From Candidatus Poribacteria bacterium (GTDB lineage: Bacteria; Poribacteria; WGA-4E; WGA-3G): DNA of 64,000 bases. The stretch lies in assembly GCA_965242965.1 (NCBI GenBank), contig OZ251518.1, positions 3,872,001 to 3,936,000 on the forward strand, in the 5' to 3' direction. The notes under the pieces were generated by a model that made no database searches, was not told where the DNA came from, and saw only the letters and a program-made list of their open reading frames with translations. Positions within the stretch are counted from its first letter, which is position 1. Every line of letters begins with the position of its first letter. Below, one piece after another: positions 18,786 to 29,025 of this stretch. A program made the position numbers and the translations under genes.

Positions 18786-21458
18786 ATGAAAAGGTTTGAT
18801 CGCGTTCACTACAATTGGCTCCCCTTACTACTGCTTGCTTTTTGGATACCCGTTCCACAAATCGACGCGCAGCCGATGTCCCCGGAAGAAACACTCGGCT
18901 TTCAAGTCGGCGCGGATTACAAAGTCGCAGGATGGACAGCCGTTGCTGACTATCTGCGGCACGTCGCCGACACGTCAGACCGGGTGCAACTGGAAGTCCT
19001 CGGCAAGACGACGGAAGGCAACGATTTTGTCATGCTCCTCATCTCTGCACCAGAGAATTTGGCGAATCTGGCGCGCTACAAGAACATCCAGAGGCAACTC
19101 GCTTATCCCGATGCAGACAGCCGTGGTCCGTTAGATACCTTCTGTGAGGAAGGCAAGACTGTCGTCCTAGTTAACTGCAATTTGCATTCCACTGAGATTG
19201 CCTCATCGCAGATGTCAATGGAGCTCGCTTATCAATTTGCTACAGCGGAGACTCCCGAAGTGCAGGCAATTCTCGAAAACGTCATCGTGCTGCTCATTCC
19301 TTCGGCAAACCCGGATGGGTTAAACATCGTCGTAGATTGGTATCAGCGCACAGTCGGCACGCCGTATGAAGGCGCGAAACTGCCGTGGCTGTATCAGAAA
19401 TACACGGGACACGATAACAACCGCGATTGGTTTATGTTGACGCAAGTTGAGACGCAGTTGCTCACACGCGTGCTTTATGAGGAGTGGTTTCCCGAAGTCG
19501 TCTACGATGTGCATGAGATGAGTTATCGGGGGCCGCGCTTCGTGATTCCGCCCTATTTTGAGCCGATGAATCCGAATATTCCGCCGCTGTTACAACGGAC
19601 GTTATCGCTCATCGGCGCGCAACTCGCCTTCGATTTCACTTCGCAAGGTTTGACTGGCGTGCTGTCAAGTGCAGTCTACGATACGTGGTGGCACGGCGGG
19701 TTTCGCACGGTGCCGTATCGGCATAACATGGTGGGGATTTTGACAGAGGCGGCGCGCGTCGAAATTGCGACACCGATTTTTCAACCGCACGGAACGCTCA
19801 AAGGGTATCGGCGCGGGTTGGATAAATACACCCTCCGCACCAATTTTCCTGAACCGTGGCCGGGCGGCTGGTGGCGGCTGCGAGACATCGTGGATTATGA
19901 ACTCGCGGCGGCGCGTTCAATTCTCACATTCGCCGCGCGGCATCGGGTAACGCTGAAGCGGAACTTTTACCAGATGGGGCTCCAAGCGATAGAGAAAGGA
20001 CAGAATGAACCACCGCGCGCCTTTCTCATTCCGATGGAACAGCGCGATTGGCACACTGCGCGCAAGATGTTGGACATCCTCCAGCGCGGCGGTGTGGAAA
20101 TCCATCAGGCGAACGCGCCGTTTACAGCGGACGGCGTGGCATATCCGACAGGGACTTACGTCGTTTTGATGGCGCAACCCTTTCGCGCGCATGCGAAGGA
20201 TTTATTGGAGGTGCAGCGGTATCCGGAACGTCGCCCTTCGCCGCAATCGCCGCCAGAGCGTCCCTACGACATCGCCGGATGGACGTTGCCTTTACAGATG
20301 GGCATCCGCACGGTGACGGTGGTGCATCCGTTTGAGGCGGAGTTAACGTTGGTTGACGCGCTGCCAACGGTGCAGGGACAGTTGCATCTCGTGCAGGAGC
20401 CGACCGGGTATCTATTTGAAAACCGCTCGAACGTGGAAGCGATTGTCCTCAACAGACTCTTCAACGCGAAATTGGCGGACGGTGCCCCGCGCTATCAACT
20501 GTATTGGGCAAGACGTGAATTGGAGGTGCAAGGGAAAGTGTTTGCGCGTGGCGCGGTTTTGGTAAGGATGCGCGAATTGCAAGGAACAGGCACTCGTCCT
20601 ACGAGCCAAAGGCAGTCTTTGCAAGAAATTGAAGAATTACAGGCTTTGGCGGCCGATTTTGGCATCCAGATTTACGCCGATGCCTCGCTTGGCGACAAAT
20701 CTTTCACTCGGACATTCTCACAACTGACACTTCCTCGTGTTGGGCTCTACAAACCGTGGACAGCGAACATGGACGAAGGATGGACGCGGTGGGTGTTGGA
20801 TACACACGAATTCGCCTATCGCAGTCTCACGAATGCGGAAATCCGCGCAGGTGAGTTGGCATCGCGCTACGATGCAATCATTTTGCCGGACATGGGAGCC
20901 GCCGCTATCCTCAACGGACATCCGATAGGCGCGTTGCCACCGGAATATGTAGGTGGCATTGGCACGGAGGGACTCGCGAATTTGCGCACGTTCGTGGAAG
21001 AAGGCGGCAGTCTCATCTGTCTCAACCGCGCAACAGAACTGCCGCTGGAATATTTTGGGCTCCGTGAGCGCGGCATCGTCAATGTAGTAAAGGCAACAAA
21101 TCAAGCGACTGACGCTGCGTTTTTCTGTCCCGGTTCATTGCTGCGCGCCCGGATAGAGACGAAGCACCCGATTGGGTACGGGTTAGCACCGGAGATGGCA
21201 CTCTTTTTTAAATCGGGACCGGTTTTTGATGCCACGCGCGGCGGGACAGTTATCGCAACGTATCCTGCGTTTAATCCGTTGATGAGCGGGTGGCTTGAGG
21301 GAGAAAAGCGCATCCGACAGAAAAGCGCGTTGTTAGAAACTTCACTCGGCGAAGGACGTGTGATGCTTTTCGGATTCAAACCGCAGCATCGCGGGCAATC
21401 GCACGGGACGTTTAAGTTGCTTTTCAATGCGATTTATTATAGCACGGTGAGGGAATAA
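18786..21458 (+). CDS. Secreted M14 zinc carboxypeptidase
   Basis: Signal peptide; HSTE, NPDG, GHDNNRDW and DVHEM zinc motifs; GGAG RBS before 18786. Confidence 0.9.
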   Translation: MKRFDRVHYNWLPLLLLAFWIPVPQIDAQPMSPEETLGFQVGADYKVAGWTAVADYLRHVADTSDRVQLEVLGKTTEGNDFVMLLISAPENLANLARYKNIQRQLAYPDADSRGPLDTFCEEGKTVVLVNCNLHSTEIASSQMSMELAYQFATAETPEVQAILENVIVLLIPSANPDGLNIVVDWYQRTVGTPYEGAKLPWLYQKYTGHDNNRDWFMLTQVETQLLTRVLYEEWFPEVVYDVHEMSYRGPRFVIPPYFEPMNPNIPPLLQRTLSLIGAQLAFDFTSQGLTGVLSSAVYDTWWHGGFRTVPYRHNMVGILTEAARVEIATPIFQPHGTLKGYRRGLDKYTLRTNFPEPWPGGWWRLRDIVDYELAAARSILTFAARHRVTLKRNFYQMGLQAIEKGQNEPPRAFLIPMEQRDWHTARKMLDILQRGGVEIHQANAPFTADGVAYPTGTYVVLMAQPFRAHAKDLLEVQRYPERRPSPQSPPERPYDIAGWTLPLQMGIRTVTVVHPFEAELTLVDALPTVQGQLHLVQEPTGYLFENRSNVEAIVLNRLFNAKLADGAPRYQLYWARRELEVQGKVFARGAVLVRMRELQGTGTRPTSQRQSLQEIEELQALAADFGIQIYADASLGDKSFTRTFSQLTLPRVGLYKPWTANMDEGWTRWVLDTHEFAYRSLTNAEIRAGELASRYDAIILPDMGAAAILNGHPIGALPPEYVGGIGTEGLANLRTFVEEGGSLICLNRATELPLEYFGLRERGIVNVVKATNQATDAAFFCPGSLLRARIETKHPIGYGLAPEMALFFKSGPVFDATRGGTVIATYPAFNPLMSGWLEGEKRIRQKSALLETSLGEGRVMLFGFKPQHRGQSHGTFKLLFNAIYYSTVRE

Positions 21459-21506
21459 CACAGGTTGTCGAGACGCGGGAGGGCTTTCCTACGGAGGCGG
21501 TTTATT

Positions 21507-21900
21507 GAGGGTGTTTCCTAAATCGCTCAACGTCGCGGGGGACAGGCCTCCGCGCTACGGGGAAAAAACGGTCCCTTCACCGTAGGACTTGGGCCCTCGC
21601 ATGCCACACGCGCATGCGAGCGGGTTTCCCTCGCCATGCCTCGCGCTACGGAAAAAACGTCTCTTGTTCTCTTCAAGTCCTTTAGGACCTAAAAACATAA
21701 CTTGCCAATGGAGATCGCGGGGGACATCCGCTCGGATGCGCGTCTGGCATCCGAGGGCCCCCGCGCTACGATAAAAAAAATGGTTCTTGAGTTCTCGCGG
21801 GGGACAGGCCCCCGCGCTACGGGAAAAATCGAGACCGGGAGTCTATTGCATCGAGACCAGGAGGTCTCTCCTACTGAGGGGAAAGGCTCGCCCGGGAGGG
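21507..21900. repeat. Composite REP cluster starting GAGGGTGTTTC
   Basis: Same modules as the other clusters. Confidence 0.8.
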
Positions 21901-21911
21901 CTCTTCGCGCG

Positions 21912-23360
21912 CTAGTCATCCTGCTCATCCTGCCGATACGTCTCCAATTTCCGATGCAACGTCCGCACGCCGATGTCCAAAATCTTCGCCGCCTCCGTCT
22001 TATTCCCATCCGCCTCCGTGAGTGTCTTCTGGATGGCCGCCTTCTCAATCTCTGCCATCGTCATCCCCACCTTGCCGATGGCATCTTCGTCAAACGCGGT
22101 AGGAGGGACATCCCTGTCCCGATGCATTTCGGTAGGAGAGACCTCCTGGTCTCGATGCTTTTTCGTAGGCGGGACATCCCTGTCCCGATGTTTGGTAGGA
22201 GGGACATCCTTGTCCCGATGGATTTCGGTAGGCGCGTCTTCCCTGTCGTGAACTTCCTCGACCGGCGCAGGAAGCGGCAAAGGCGTTTCCTCCATCTGTT
22301 TGGCGACGGTTGAGAGCACCGTTAACGCCTTCTGCAGGATGTCTCTCTGGCTATGATGGGCTGATGCATCAACATCATCAGCGATTTGCAGCCAGCTGGT
22401 ATCCTCATCCGGAATCGCGATCTGAAGTTCATTCTGTTCCGGCATTAAGGCGGGTGCATCGTCACCAAGCAACCGGATTGCGGCGAAAATCAGCCCCAGA
22501 ATCGTCTTGTAAATCGCCACGTTTTCAGCAAGCGGCGAGGTTGCACGCGCGGGAAGCAGGGGTGCCGGTTCCAACTCCGACATAATCGGAAAATCACGAA
22601 GTTTCAATTCTGCCGAGGGGGCGACAATGATGGCACTTTCTACAGCATTTTTGAGTTGCCGAACGTTGCCGGGCCAGTCCTCTTGTTCGAGATAGGCGAG
22701 TGCCTCTGGGGTAATACCGGTGACCTGTTTCCCGTGCTCGGCACTGAGTTCCTTGATGAACGCGTGGACGAAAAGTGGAATATCCTCCCGGCGTTCCCGC
22801 AACGGCGGGATATGGATGCGAAAGAGGTTGAACCGATAGTAAAGGTCTTGCCGAAACGTCTTTCGTTGCACGGAGTTGCTGAGTTCGACGTTCGTCGCGG
22901 CGATGAGGCGGACATCAACGAAGATGCTTGTATCGCCACCGAGCCGCGTGAATTCGCGCGTCTCCAGCACCCGGAGGAACTTCACCTGTGTTTCAAGCGA
23001 CATTTCGCCGACTTCATCGAGGAACAGCGTGCCGGTATGTGCCTGTTCAAACACGCCGCGGCGGAGGGTAGCGGCATCGGTGAACGCGCCTTTTTCATGT
23101 CCGAAGAGCTCGCTTTGTAGAAGATCGCCGTGAAACACACCGCAGTTGACTGCCTTGAAGGGTCTGGTTTTACGCGGGCTATTTTCATGGATGGCCTGGG
23201 CGATGACATCTTTGCCCACCCCTGTCTCACCGGTAATGAGGACCGTGGCGTTTGTCGGCGCAACCTGCCGCACGCGGCGCAGCACCTCCTGCATCGGTGC
23301 AGATCTTCCGATAATGCGCCGAGGTCTATTATTGCTGGGAATTGGGGTTGGACGATTCAT
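21912..23360 (-). CDS. Sigma-54-dependent activator (AAA+ and Fis-type HTH, no receiver domain)
   Basis: GETGVGKD, SELFGHEKGAFTDA, LFLDEV, WPGNVRQL and GNKTEAAKILDIGVRTLHRKL. Confidence 0.92.
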   Translation of the reverse strand: MNRPTPIPSNNRPRRIIGRSAPMQEVLRRVRQVAPTNATVLITGETGVGKDVIAQAIHENSPRKTRPFKAVNCGVFHGDLLQSELFGHEKGAFTDAATLRRGVFEQAHTGTLFLDEVGEMSLETQVKFLRVLETREFTRLGGDTSIFVDVRLIAATNVELSNSVQRKTFRQDLYYRFNLFRIHIPPLRERREDIPLFVHAFIKELSAEHGKQVTGITPEALAYLEQEDWPGNVRQLKNAVESAIIVAPSAELKLRDFPIMSELEPAPLLPARATSPLAENVAIYKTILGLIFAAIRLLGDDAPALMPEQNELQIAIPDEDTSWLQIADDVDASAHHSQRDILQKALTVLSTVAKQMEETPLPLPAPVEEVHDREDAPTEIHRDKDVPPTKHRDRDVPPTKKHRDQEVSPTEMHRDRDVPPTAFDEDAIGKVGMTMAEIEKAAIQKTLTEADGNKTEAAKILDIGVRTLHRKLETYRQDEQDD

Positions 23361-23419
23361 CGTTAAATCACCATAGTGTGCGGGGTTTGGCCCTCGTTTT
23401 GTCCAAGGCTGCCCATCTA

Positions 23420-23612
23420 TCGTAGGGCGAGGGCCTGTCCCTCGCCGTGCCTTGGTGCCCGTGGCGATCGCGGGGGACAGGCCCCCGCGCTACGGGCCAA
23501 GGAGCGGTTCTCCTCCGCTGTGTCTGCTGGCGATCGCGGGGGACAGGCCCCCGCGCTACGGGCCAAGGAGCGGTTCTCCTCCTACCGTAGGGCGAGGGCC
23601 TGTCCCTCGCCA
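23420..23612. repeat. REP cluster
   Basis: Two ~65-bp direct repeats bracketed by GTAGGGCGAGGGCCTGTCCCTCGCC. Confidence 0.85.
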
Positions 23613-23629
23613 TGCCGAAACGTAACAAA

Positions 23630-24394
23630 TTACATGTCCGCTAGGGCAATATCGCGAATCATCTGAGGATTTTGCCGGATCTCCTCAAAAAGATTGAGCC
23701 CTTCACGACAGACTGCCTCACACATCTTTTTGAACACGAACCCTTTCAGTGCAACGCCCATAACTCCAAGCGTCCGCGACAAGGCACTCCCCGCGGGAAC
23801 GAAATGGACATTCGGCGCATCAGGAATCAGTCTGCGATACCCCGCGCCGAGCAGGAAAATCTGAGTAACAGACTCCGGCACTCCTCCCCGGTAGGAGAGA
23901 CCTCTCGGTCTCGATTCGCTTCCTCCCGGTCTCGATGCGTTTCCTTCCGGTCCCGATGCGCTTCCCTGGTAGGAGAGACCTCCTGGTCTCGATGGGTTTC
24001 CTCCTGGTCTCGATTCCCCCAAAGGAAGTTGCAGTGCCTGAACGTATTCTTTCCCTAACAAAAAGAAAACCACGTCATATCGTGCGATTAACTCCGCCGC
24101 CCGTTCACGAAGTTGAAGGCGACGACTCTTCTCCAAAATTTCCGCCTTCTTCATCCCCTGAAAAGTGACGTTGTAAGGCGCGATTACGTCGTTTTCATTG
24201 AGCAGCCCATACTCCGCCGAAATGATTGCCACGTCTACGGATGATTGCCCGTAGCGCGTTCGGACTTGGTTCACCCCGTCCATCAACAGCGTATGTTGCT
24301 GGCCGGTATACATCTTGGCGGCGGGAGCGTTGTGGTTCAGTTTCTTGCTCGTGCAGGAACTGATGACTAATACGTTCATGGGCAAGAATTTCAC
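23630..24394 (-). CDS. DUF6884/YaaA-like protein with an in-frame REP insertion
   Basis: VLVISSCTSKK, PAAKMYTG, IISAEYGLL and IAPYNVTF; family assignment is from memory. Confidence 0.7.
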   Translation of the reverse strand: MKFLPMNVLVISSCTSKKLNHNAPAAKMYTGQQHTLLMDGVNQVRTRYGQSSVDVAIISAEYGLLNENDVIAPYNVTFQGMKKAEILEKSRRLQLRERAAELIARYDVVFFLLGKEYVQALQLPLGESRPGGNPSRPGGLSYQGSASGPEGNASRPGGSESRPRGLSYRGGVPESVTQIFLLGAGYRRLIPDAPNVHFVPAGSALSRTLGVMGVALKGFVFKKMCEAVCREGLNLFEEIRQNPQMIRDIALADM

Positions 24395-24408
24395 GGGCCT
24401 GAGCCTCC

Positions 24409-25149
24409 TTAAGAATCTTGGACAATTTTAAGGATTCGCTGTGGCTCCTGTTTGATTTCCTCAAAAATGTCAAACCCGTCCCGACACACGGCTTCACACA
24501 TTTTCTGGAACACGAATTCTCTGAGGCTCCGCCGATTCGCCCCCGGAAGTGCTTCTAACGCTATTCCTGTTTCAACGGCGTGGAGGTTGGGCACGTCATC
24601 AGGAATCAGATGCCTAGCACTTGGGGCTATCAACACAATCACGGTTACTGCACGTTCAGTCTCAAAGAGAGGTTTGAGTGCCTTGACATCTTCCCGCCGC
24701 AAGAGCGAGAAAACCAGGTCATGACGTTCGATTAAAGCCGTAACGCGTTTGACTATCCCACTGTCGGAGTAGTCGATGTCACTGGCCTGAGGAGGAAGGT
24801 CGAACGGGACGATTTTATCGGACTCGTGGACCGGCCCTTCTTCTTTTGATACTAGCGGATCGTCCCATGGAAAATAGAGATCGATAGTCGTTGACTTTCC
24901 GTAGTCCTCGTGTGCCCGAACTTGTTCCAAACCTTTCCTTACCTGCCTCGGTCCAGGTCCTGTGAACATTTCTCCGGCGGGCACGCTGTAATCTCTACTT
25001 TCATGATACCAGCCATCCGCATTATAGCCGCTCAGTTCTTTGATGCGCCGCGCGAGACGTTCGGGTGAACCGTAATCTTCGCTCCGCAGCAAGTTATCGG
25101 GTTGATATTTCTGCCCCTTTGTGTAAGAGCTCAAAACCAAAATTTTCAT
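24409..25149 (-). CDS. Divergent paralog of the DUF6884-like protein
   Basis: ILVLSSYTK, PAGEMFTG and IPDDVPNLHAV; FVFQKMCEAVCRDG matches the neighbour. Confidence 0.7.
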   Translation of the reverse strand: MKILVLSSYTKGQKYQPDNLLRSEDYGSPERLARRIKELSGYNADGWYHESRDYSVPAGEMFTGPGPRQVRKGLEQVRAHEDYGKSTTIDLYFPWDDPLVSKEEGPVHESDKIVPFDLPPQASDIDYSDSGIVKRVTALIERHDLVFSLLRREDVKALKPLFETERAVTVIVLIAPSARHLIPDDVPNLHAVETGIALEALPGANRRSLREFVFQKMCEAVCRDGFDIFEEIKQEPQRILKIVQDS

Positions 25150-25152
25150 AAC

Positions 25153-26082
25153 CTAAGCCTCCACTTCTCGCTGACGTTGATGCCAGATATACAGAATCGG
25201 GCTCGCGATGAAGACAGACGAATACGTGCCTACCACCACGCCGACGATGAGTGCCAACGCAAACGTGTTAATCTCCGCGCCCGCGCTGGAAAGGAAGAAG
25301 ATGACTAACACTACAAACAGCGTCGTCAAGGAGGTAATCACCGTGCGGGTCAGCGATTGGTTGATGCTGCGGTTCAGCACGTCAATGTAGGGTGTGCCGC
25401 GCAGCGTTTGCGCGTTTTCACGGATGCGATCGAACACCACGATGGTATCGTTCAGCGAATACCCGATAATCGTCAGGAACGCCGCCACAGTCGGCAGGTT
25501 AATCTCCTTCGCAAGCACGGCGAAGATACCGAGGGTTATCAGCACATCGTGGACGAGTGCCGCAATCGCGCCGATGGCGAAACGGAACTCAAATCGCCAC
25601 GAAATATAGACGAGCAAAATCACGATGGACCAGAGGACAGACCAGAGTGCCGCCCATTGCAGGTCGCGCCCGACACTCGGTCCTACCTCGGAAACGTTGA
25701 TGCCTTCAGGCAGCGCATGCCAGCCATCCCCGCCTGCCAAGAGCGCGTCGTTGAGTGCCCTGCCAGCACTGCCCTCCATTTCAGGCAGTCGTTCCATAGC
25801 ATGCGTGGCCATAGAGATTGTGGCTTCGTTTTGTGCCGGATCCAACTGAATCTGAGCGCGTGGATAGCCCAATTCCGACAACTTCGCTTGCAGTTCCGCT
25901 TCGGTTACCATCCTGTTGAATTTGGCTAGGATTTTCACGCCGCCACGGAAGTCAATCCCGAAATGCGGGCCGCCGTTCACCGCAAGGAATACCAAACCGA
26001 TGCCGATTATTATCGCAGAGGTAAGAAATCCCATGCGGTGTTTGTTGATAAAATCGAATTTTGTATCGCGTAATAGTTCCAA
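25153..26082 (-). CDS. secF: Protein translocase subunit SecF
   Basis: GIDFRGG, VGPSVG and GYSLNDTIVVFDRIRE. Confidence 0.96.
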   Translation of the reverse strand: MELLRDTKFDFINKHRMGFLTSAIIIGIGLVFLAVNGGPHFGIDFRGGVKILAKFNRMVTEAELQAKLSELGYPRAQIQLDPAQNEATISMATHAMERLPEMEGSAGRALNDALLAGGDGWHALPEGINVSEVGPSVGRDLQWAALWSVLWSIVILLVYISWRFEFRFAIGAIAALVHDVLITLGIFAVLAKEINLPTVAAFLTIIGYSLNDTIVVFDRIRENAQTLRGTPYIDVLNRSINQSLTRTVITSLTTLFVVLVIFFLSSAGAEINTFALALIVGVVVGTYSSVFIASPILYIWHQRQREVEA

Positions 26083-26215
26083 AATCTTTATCCTCTTTTT
26101 GTCGTTCGCAAGGCGTTTGATTAGGGGGTTGGTGTTATCACGTCCTCTGCGTAACCCGCAATCGACGTTGTTGATCTTTGCCGATTGCGGCGTTTTTTAG
26201 CAGGATTTCCGGGAC

Positions 26216-28186
26216 TTAAATACTTAATGTTTCCACGTCGCGATTGCCAATCGTTAGCCCATAGAGTTCGCGAGTGACGATAATCGCTGTGAACATACTG
26301 GCGAGGATGCCGATGCCGAGCGTCACGGCGAACCCTTTAATCGGGCCTGTCCCGAATTGATAAAGGACGAGCGCGGTGAAGAGCGTCGTGAGGTTGGCAT
26401 CCAAAATCGTAATAAAGGCGCGTTGGTAGCCGCTCTCAATAGCCCGCCAGACACCGCCTGTGCTAGCAGTTCCGGAACGAAGTTCCTCGCGGATGCGCTC
26501 GAAAATAAGCACATTTGCGTCAACGGACATGCCGATAGTCAGCACCAACCCGGCGATACCGGGGAGCGTCAATGCCGCGCCGAAGCCTGCCAAGGCACCC
26601 AGAATAATCACCATATTCAATACGAGCGCGATGATGGCAATCGCCCCGGAGAGCCGGTAATAGATGAGCATAAAGATTACCACGCCGCCCATGCCGATGA
26701 GTGCCGCCAGAATGCCATCGTCAATAGATTCCTGTCCCAACGTCGGGCCTACCGTCCGTTCCTCGGCGATCTGGACACCGACAGGGAATGCGCCTGCCTT
26801 AAGGATGTTCGCCAGATAGTTTGCCTCCTCAAAAGAGAAATTTCCCTCAATGATGGCGTTGCCGAGAATCTGGTCATTGATAACCGGCGCGGATTGCACT
26901 TTGCCGTCAAGGAGAATCGCCAGATGCCTGCCGACGTTGTCGCCTGTAATTTGGGCAAACGTGCTTCTGCCGCTACCGTCAAAACTCATCGAGACGACGA
27001 TGTCAAAACTGGTTCTGCCAGTGGAGGGCCCCGCGTTAACGATGCTATCGCCGCTCAGCAGGACAGGACTTTGCAAAACATACCAGTCACCGGTTTCGTA
27101 GTGATAGCGGATTTCTGTCCCATCGGGGATAGTATCGGGGGGTGGTGTATTGCCGGAGCCGCGCCACAAATTCCCACCGTTCGGCGATTTTTCGACTAGT
27201 TTGAACGCCAGCCGTCCCATATCCTTGACAACCTCGAGCGGTTTGGAGGAATCCTTCGCGCCCGGCAGTTCAACGATGATTCTCGGTTTATTCGCCTCTT
27301 GCCGAATGGAGGGTTCCGAAACGCCGAATGCATCGACACGATTGCGCAGGACAATCAGCACCTGTTGAATCGCCTGGTCGCTGTATTTCTCGATGCCGCT
27401 TGCGCTGAGGCGCAGCTGATAGGTAGTCTGCGTATCGGTTGCGGCGAGCGTCTGCACGTTTTCAAAGAATTCAAGTTCGTTCAGAAGTCCCGCGGCTTTC
27501 TCCAGATACTTCTGTTTTTCGGCTGCGTCCGCGCGGAACCGCGAGGGGATGCCGACAAACACGTTAAGCGCGTCCTGTCCGTCTACTTGTAGGACCTCGC
27601 GACATAAAATTTCCTCGGTGCGGAGTCTATCGGGGATGGAGAGCCGGTTTTCTCGGAGGAGTTCCGATTTTGAAGTTTCCAGATCTACTTCCAGCACGAG
27701 ATGAACGCCGCCGCGCAAGTCCAGCCCAAGTTTCAGGCGGTTCGCCGGGATAACTTGGCGGAGGAGGATGGGGAGACTCCCATAGAGGTGCAGTTCTTCG
27801 AGGGTTGCCTGCGGGTTTTGAAGTGCCTTCTCCGAGGTGAGTTGCACGTAGAAGTCGCGCGCCTCCGTGGTATCAAATTGATAATCCGTGGTCTCCTCTA
27901 ATCCGAGTTTCCGGAGATGGACGCGGAAGACATCCTGCAGTTCTTGCGTCGCATCTTGGAAGTTTTTGCCTTCCGGATAGTCAACGTCCGCGAGGTTCAC
28001 CTTGAACGCGGTTTTTTCGTCTTCGACGTTTACCTCAAAACGCGGCAGGTTCTCCTGCATCCACAGCGGGAGATTGCCGTATAGGGGGTTGTAGAAACTA
28101 TCCGGCGTGGGGACGAGATAGAGCGCGGCGAGCAGCAACACCCCAAAGATGAAAACAATTTTCCAGATACTGAATCGGTACATCAA
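26216..28186 (-). CDS. secD: Protein translocase subunit SecD
   Basis: LGLDLRGG, NRVDAFGVSEP, VGPTLG and DANVLIFERIRE. Confidence 0.96.
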   Translation of the reverse strand: MMYRFSIWKIVFIFGVLLLAALYLVPTPDSFYNPLYGNLPLWMQENLPRFEVNVEDEKTAFKVNLADVDYPEGKNFQDATQELQDVFRVHLRKLGLEETTDYQFDTTEARDFYVQLTSEKALQNPQATLEELHLYGSLPILLRQVIPANRLKLGLDLRGGVHLVLEVDLETSKSELLRENRLSIPDRLRTEEILCREVLQVDGQDALNVFVGIPSRFRADAAEKQKYLEKAAGLLNELEFFENVQTLAATDTQTTYQLRLSASGIEKYSDQAIQQVLIVLRNRVDAFGVSEPSIRQEANKPRIIVELPGAKDSSKPLEVVKDMGRLAFKLVEKSPNGGNLWRGSGNTPPPDTIPDGTEIRYHYETGDWYVLQSPVLLSGDSIVNAGPSTGRTSFDIVVSMSFDGSGRSTFAQITGDNVGRHLAILLDGKVQSAPVINDQILGNAIIEGNFSFEEANYLANILKAGAFPVGVQIAEERTVGPTLGQESIDDGILAALIGMGGVVIFMLIYYRLSGAIAIIALVLNMVIILGALAGFGAALTLPGIAGLVLTIGMSVDANVLIFERIREELRSGTASTGGVWRAIESGYQRAFITILDANLTTLFTALVLYQFGTGPIKGFAVTLGIGILASMFTAIIVTRELYGLTIGNRDVETLSI

Positions 28187-28272
28187 TTCTTCCTATTTTA
28201 TCGTCGCCTGTAAACGCGGTTTGCGCTCGCGCCTACGGGTTCGTTCAGTGTCATATTTATGAAATGAATAGG

Positions 28273-28345
28273 CGCGCCTGGGAGGAATCGAACCCCCGAC
28301 ACGAGGCTTAGGAAGCCTCTGCTCTGTCCGCTGAGCTACAGGCGC
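28273..28345 (-). tRNA. tRNA-Arg(CCT)
   Basis: Cloverleaf GCGCCTG / GCTC..GAGC / GAGGC-TTCCTAA-GCCTC / GGTTCGATT; CCA end not encoded. Confidence 0.95.
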
Positions 28346-28355
28346 ACAACAGCAA

Positions 28356-28871
28356 CTAACAATCGATGAGGGTGAAAATCTCGTAATCGTCGATTTTTTC
28401 TCGGCCTTCCAATTCGGCTATCTCTGCCAGCAGCGCGATGCCGACGAGTTCGCCTTCCAATTTTTCTATCAGTTCGACAGAAGCGGCGAGCGTGCCGCCT
28501 GTCGCAAGGACATCGTCACAGAGGAGCACCCGGCTCTGCTTCGGGAACGCATCTTGATGAATCGCGAGCGTATCCATGCCGTATTCCAGATCATAGGTAA
28601 CCTCATACGTCGCGTAAGGCAGTTTCCCACTCTTCCGAATAGGGACAAACGCTGTTTCCAAGCGATAAGCAAGCGCCGCACCGAGGATGAAGCCGCGCGC
28701 ATCAATGCCGACAATCACATCGATAGCCGTGGATTCATACTGCGCCGCGAATGCCTCAATCACGTCACGAAAAATGGCTTTGTCGCCTAAAAGCGGCGTA
28801 ATATCTCTGTAGAGGATGCCTGCATTGGGAAAATCGGGTAAATCCCGAATAAATCTCGAAAAGTCACGCAT
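28356..28871 (-). CDS. apt: Adenine phosphoribosyltransferase
   Basis: PDFP..GILYRDITPLL, IDARGF, IRKSGKLP, LEYG and DDVLATGGT. Confidence 0.95.
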   Translation of the reverse strand: MRDFSRFIRDLPDFPNAGILYRDITPLLGDKAIFRDVIEAFAAQYESTAIDVIVGIDARGFILGAALAYRLETAFVPIRKSGKLPYATYEVTYDLEYGMDTLAIHQDAFPKQSRVLLCDDVLATGGTLAASVELIEKLEGELVGIALLAEIAELEGREKIDDYEIFTLIDC

Positions 28872-29025
28872 TCTTCTACTCTCCTGTTGCGATAGATCCA
28901 AAATCGAGACCAGGAGGTCTCTCCTACGGGTGTTTGTCGAGACCAGGAGGTCTCTCCTACTGCTCGTTTGGGTAGGAGGGACATCCTTGTCCCGATATGG
29001 TATTGCATCGAGACTAGGAGATCTC

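Noticed and set aside
28273-28345. tRNA-Arg as an island integration site
   Set aside because: No integrase and no duplicated tRNA 3' end were seen; both flanks are housekeeping genes.
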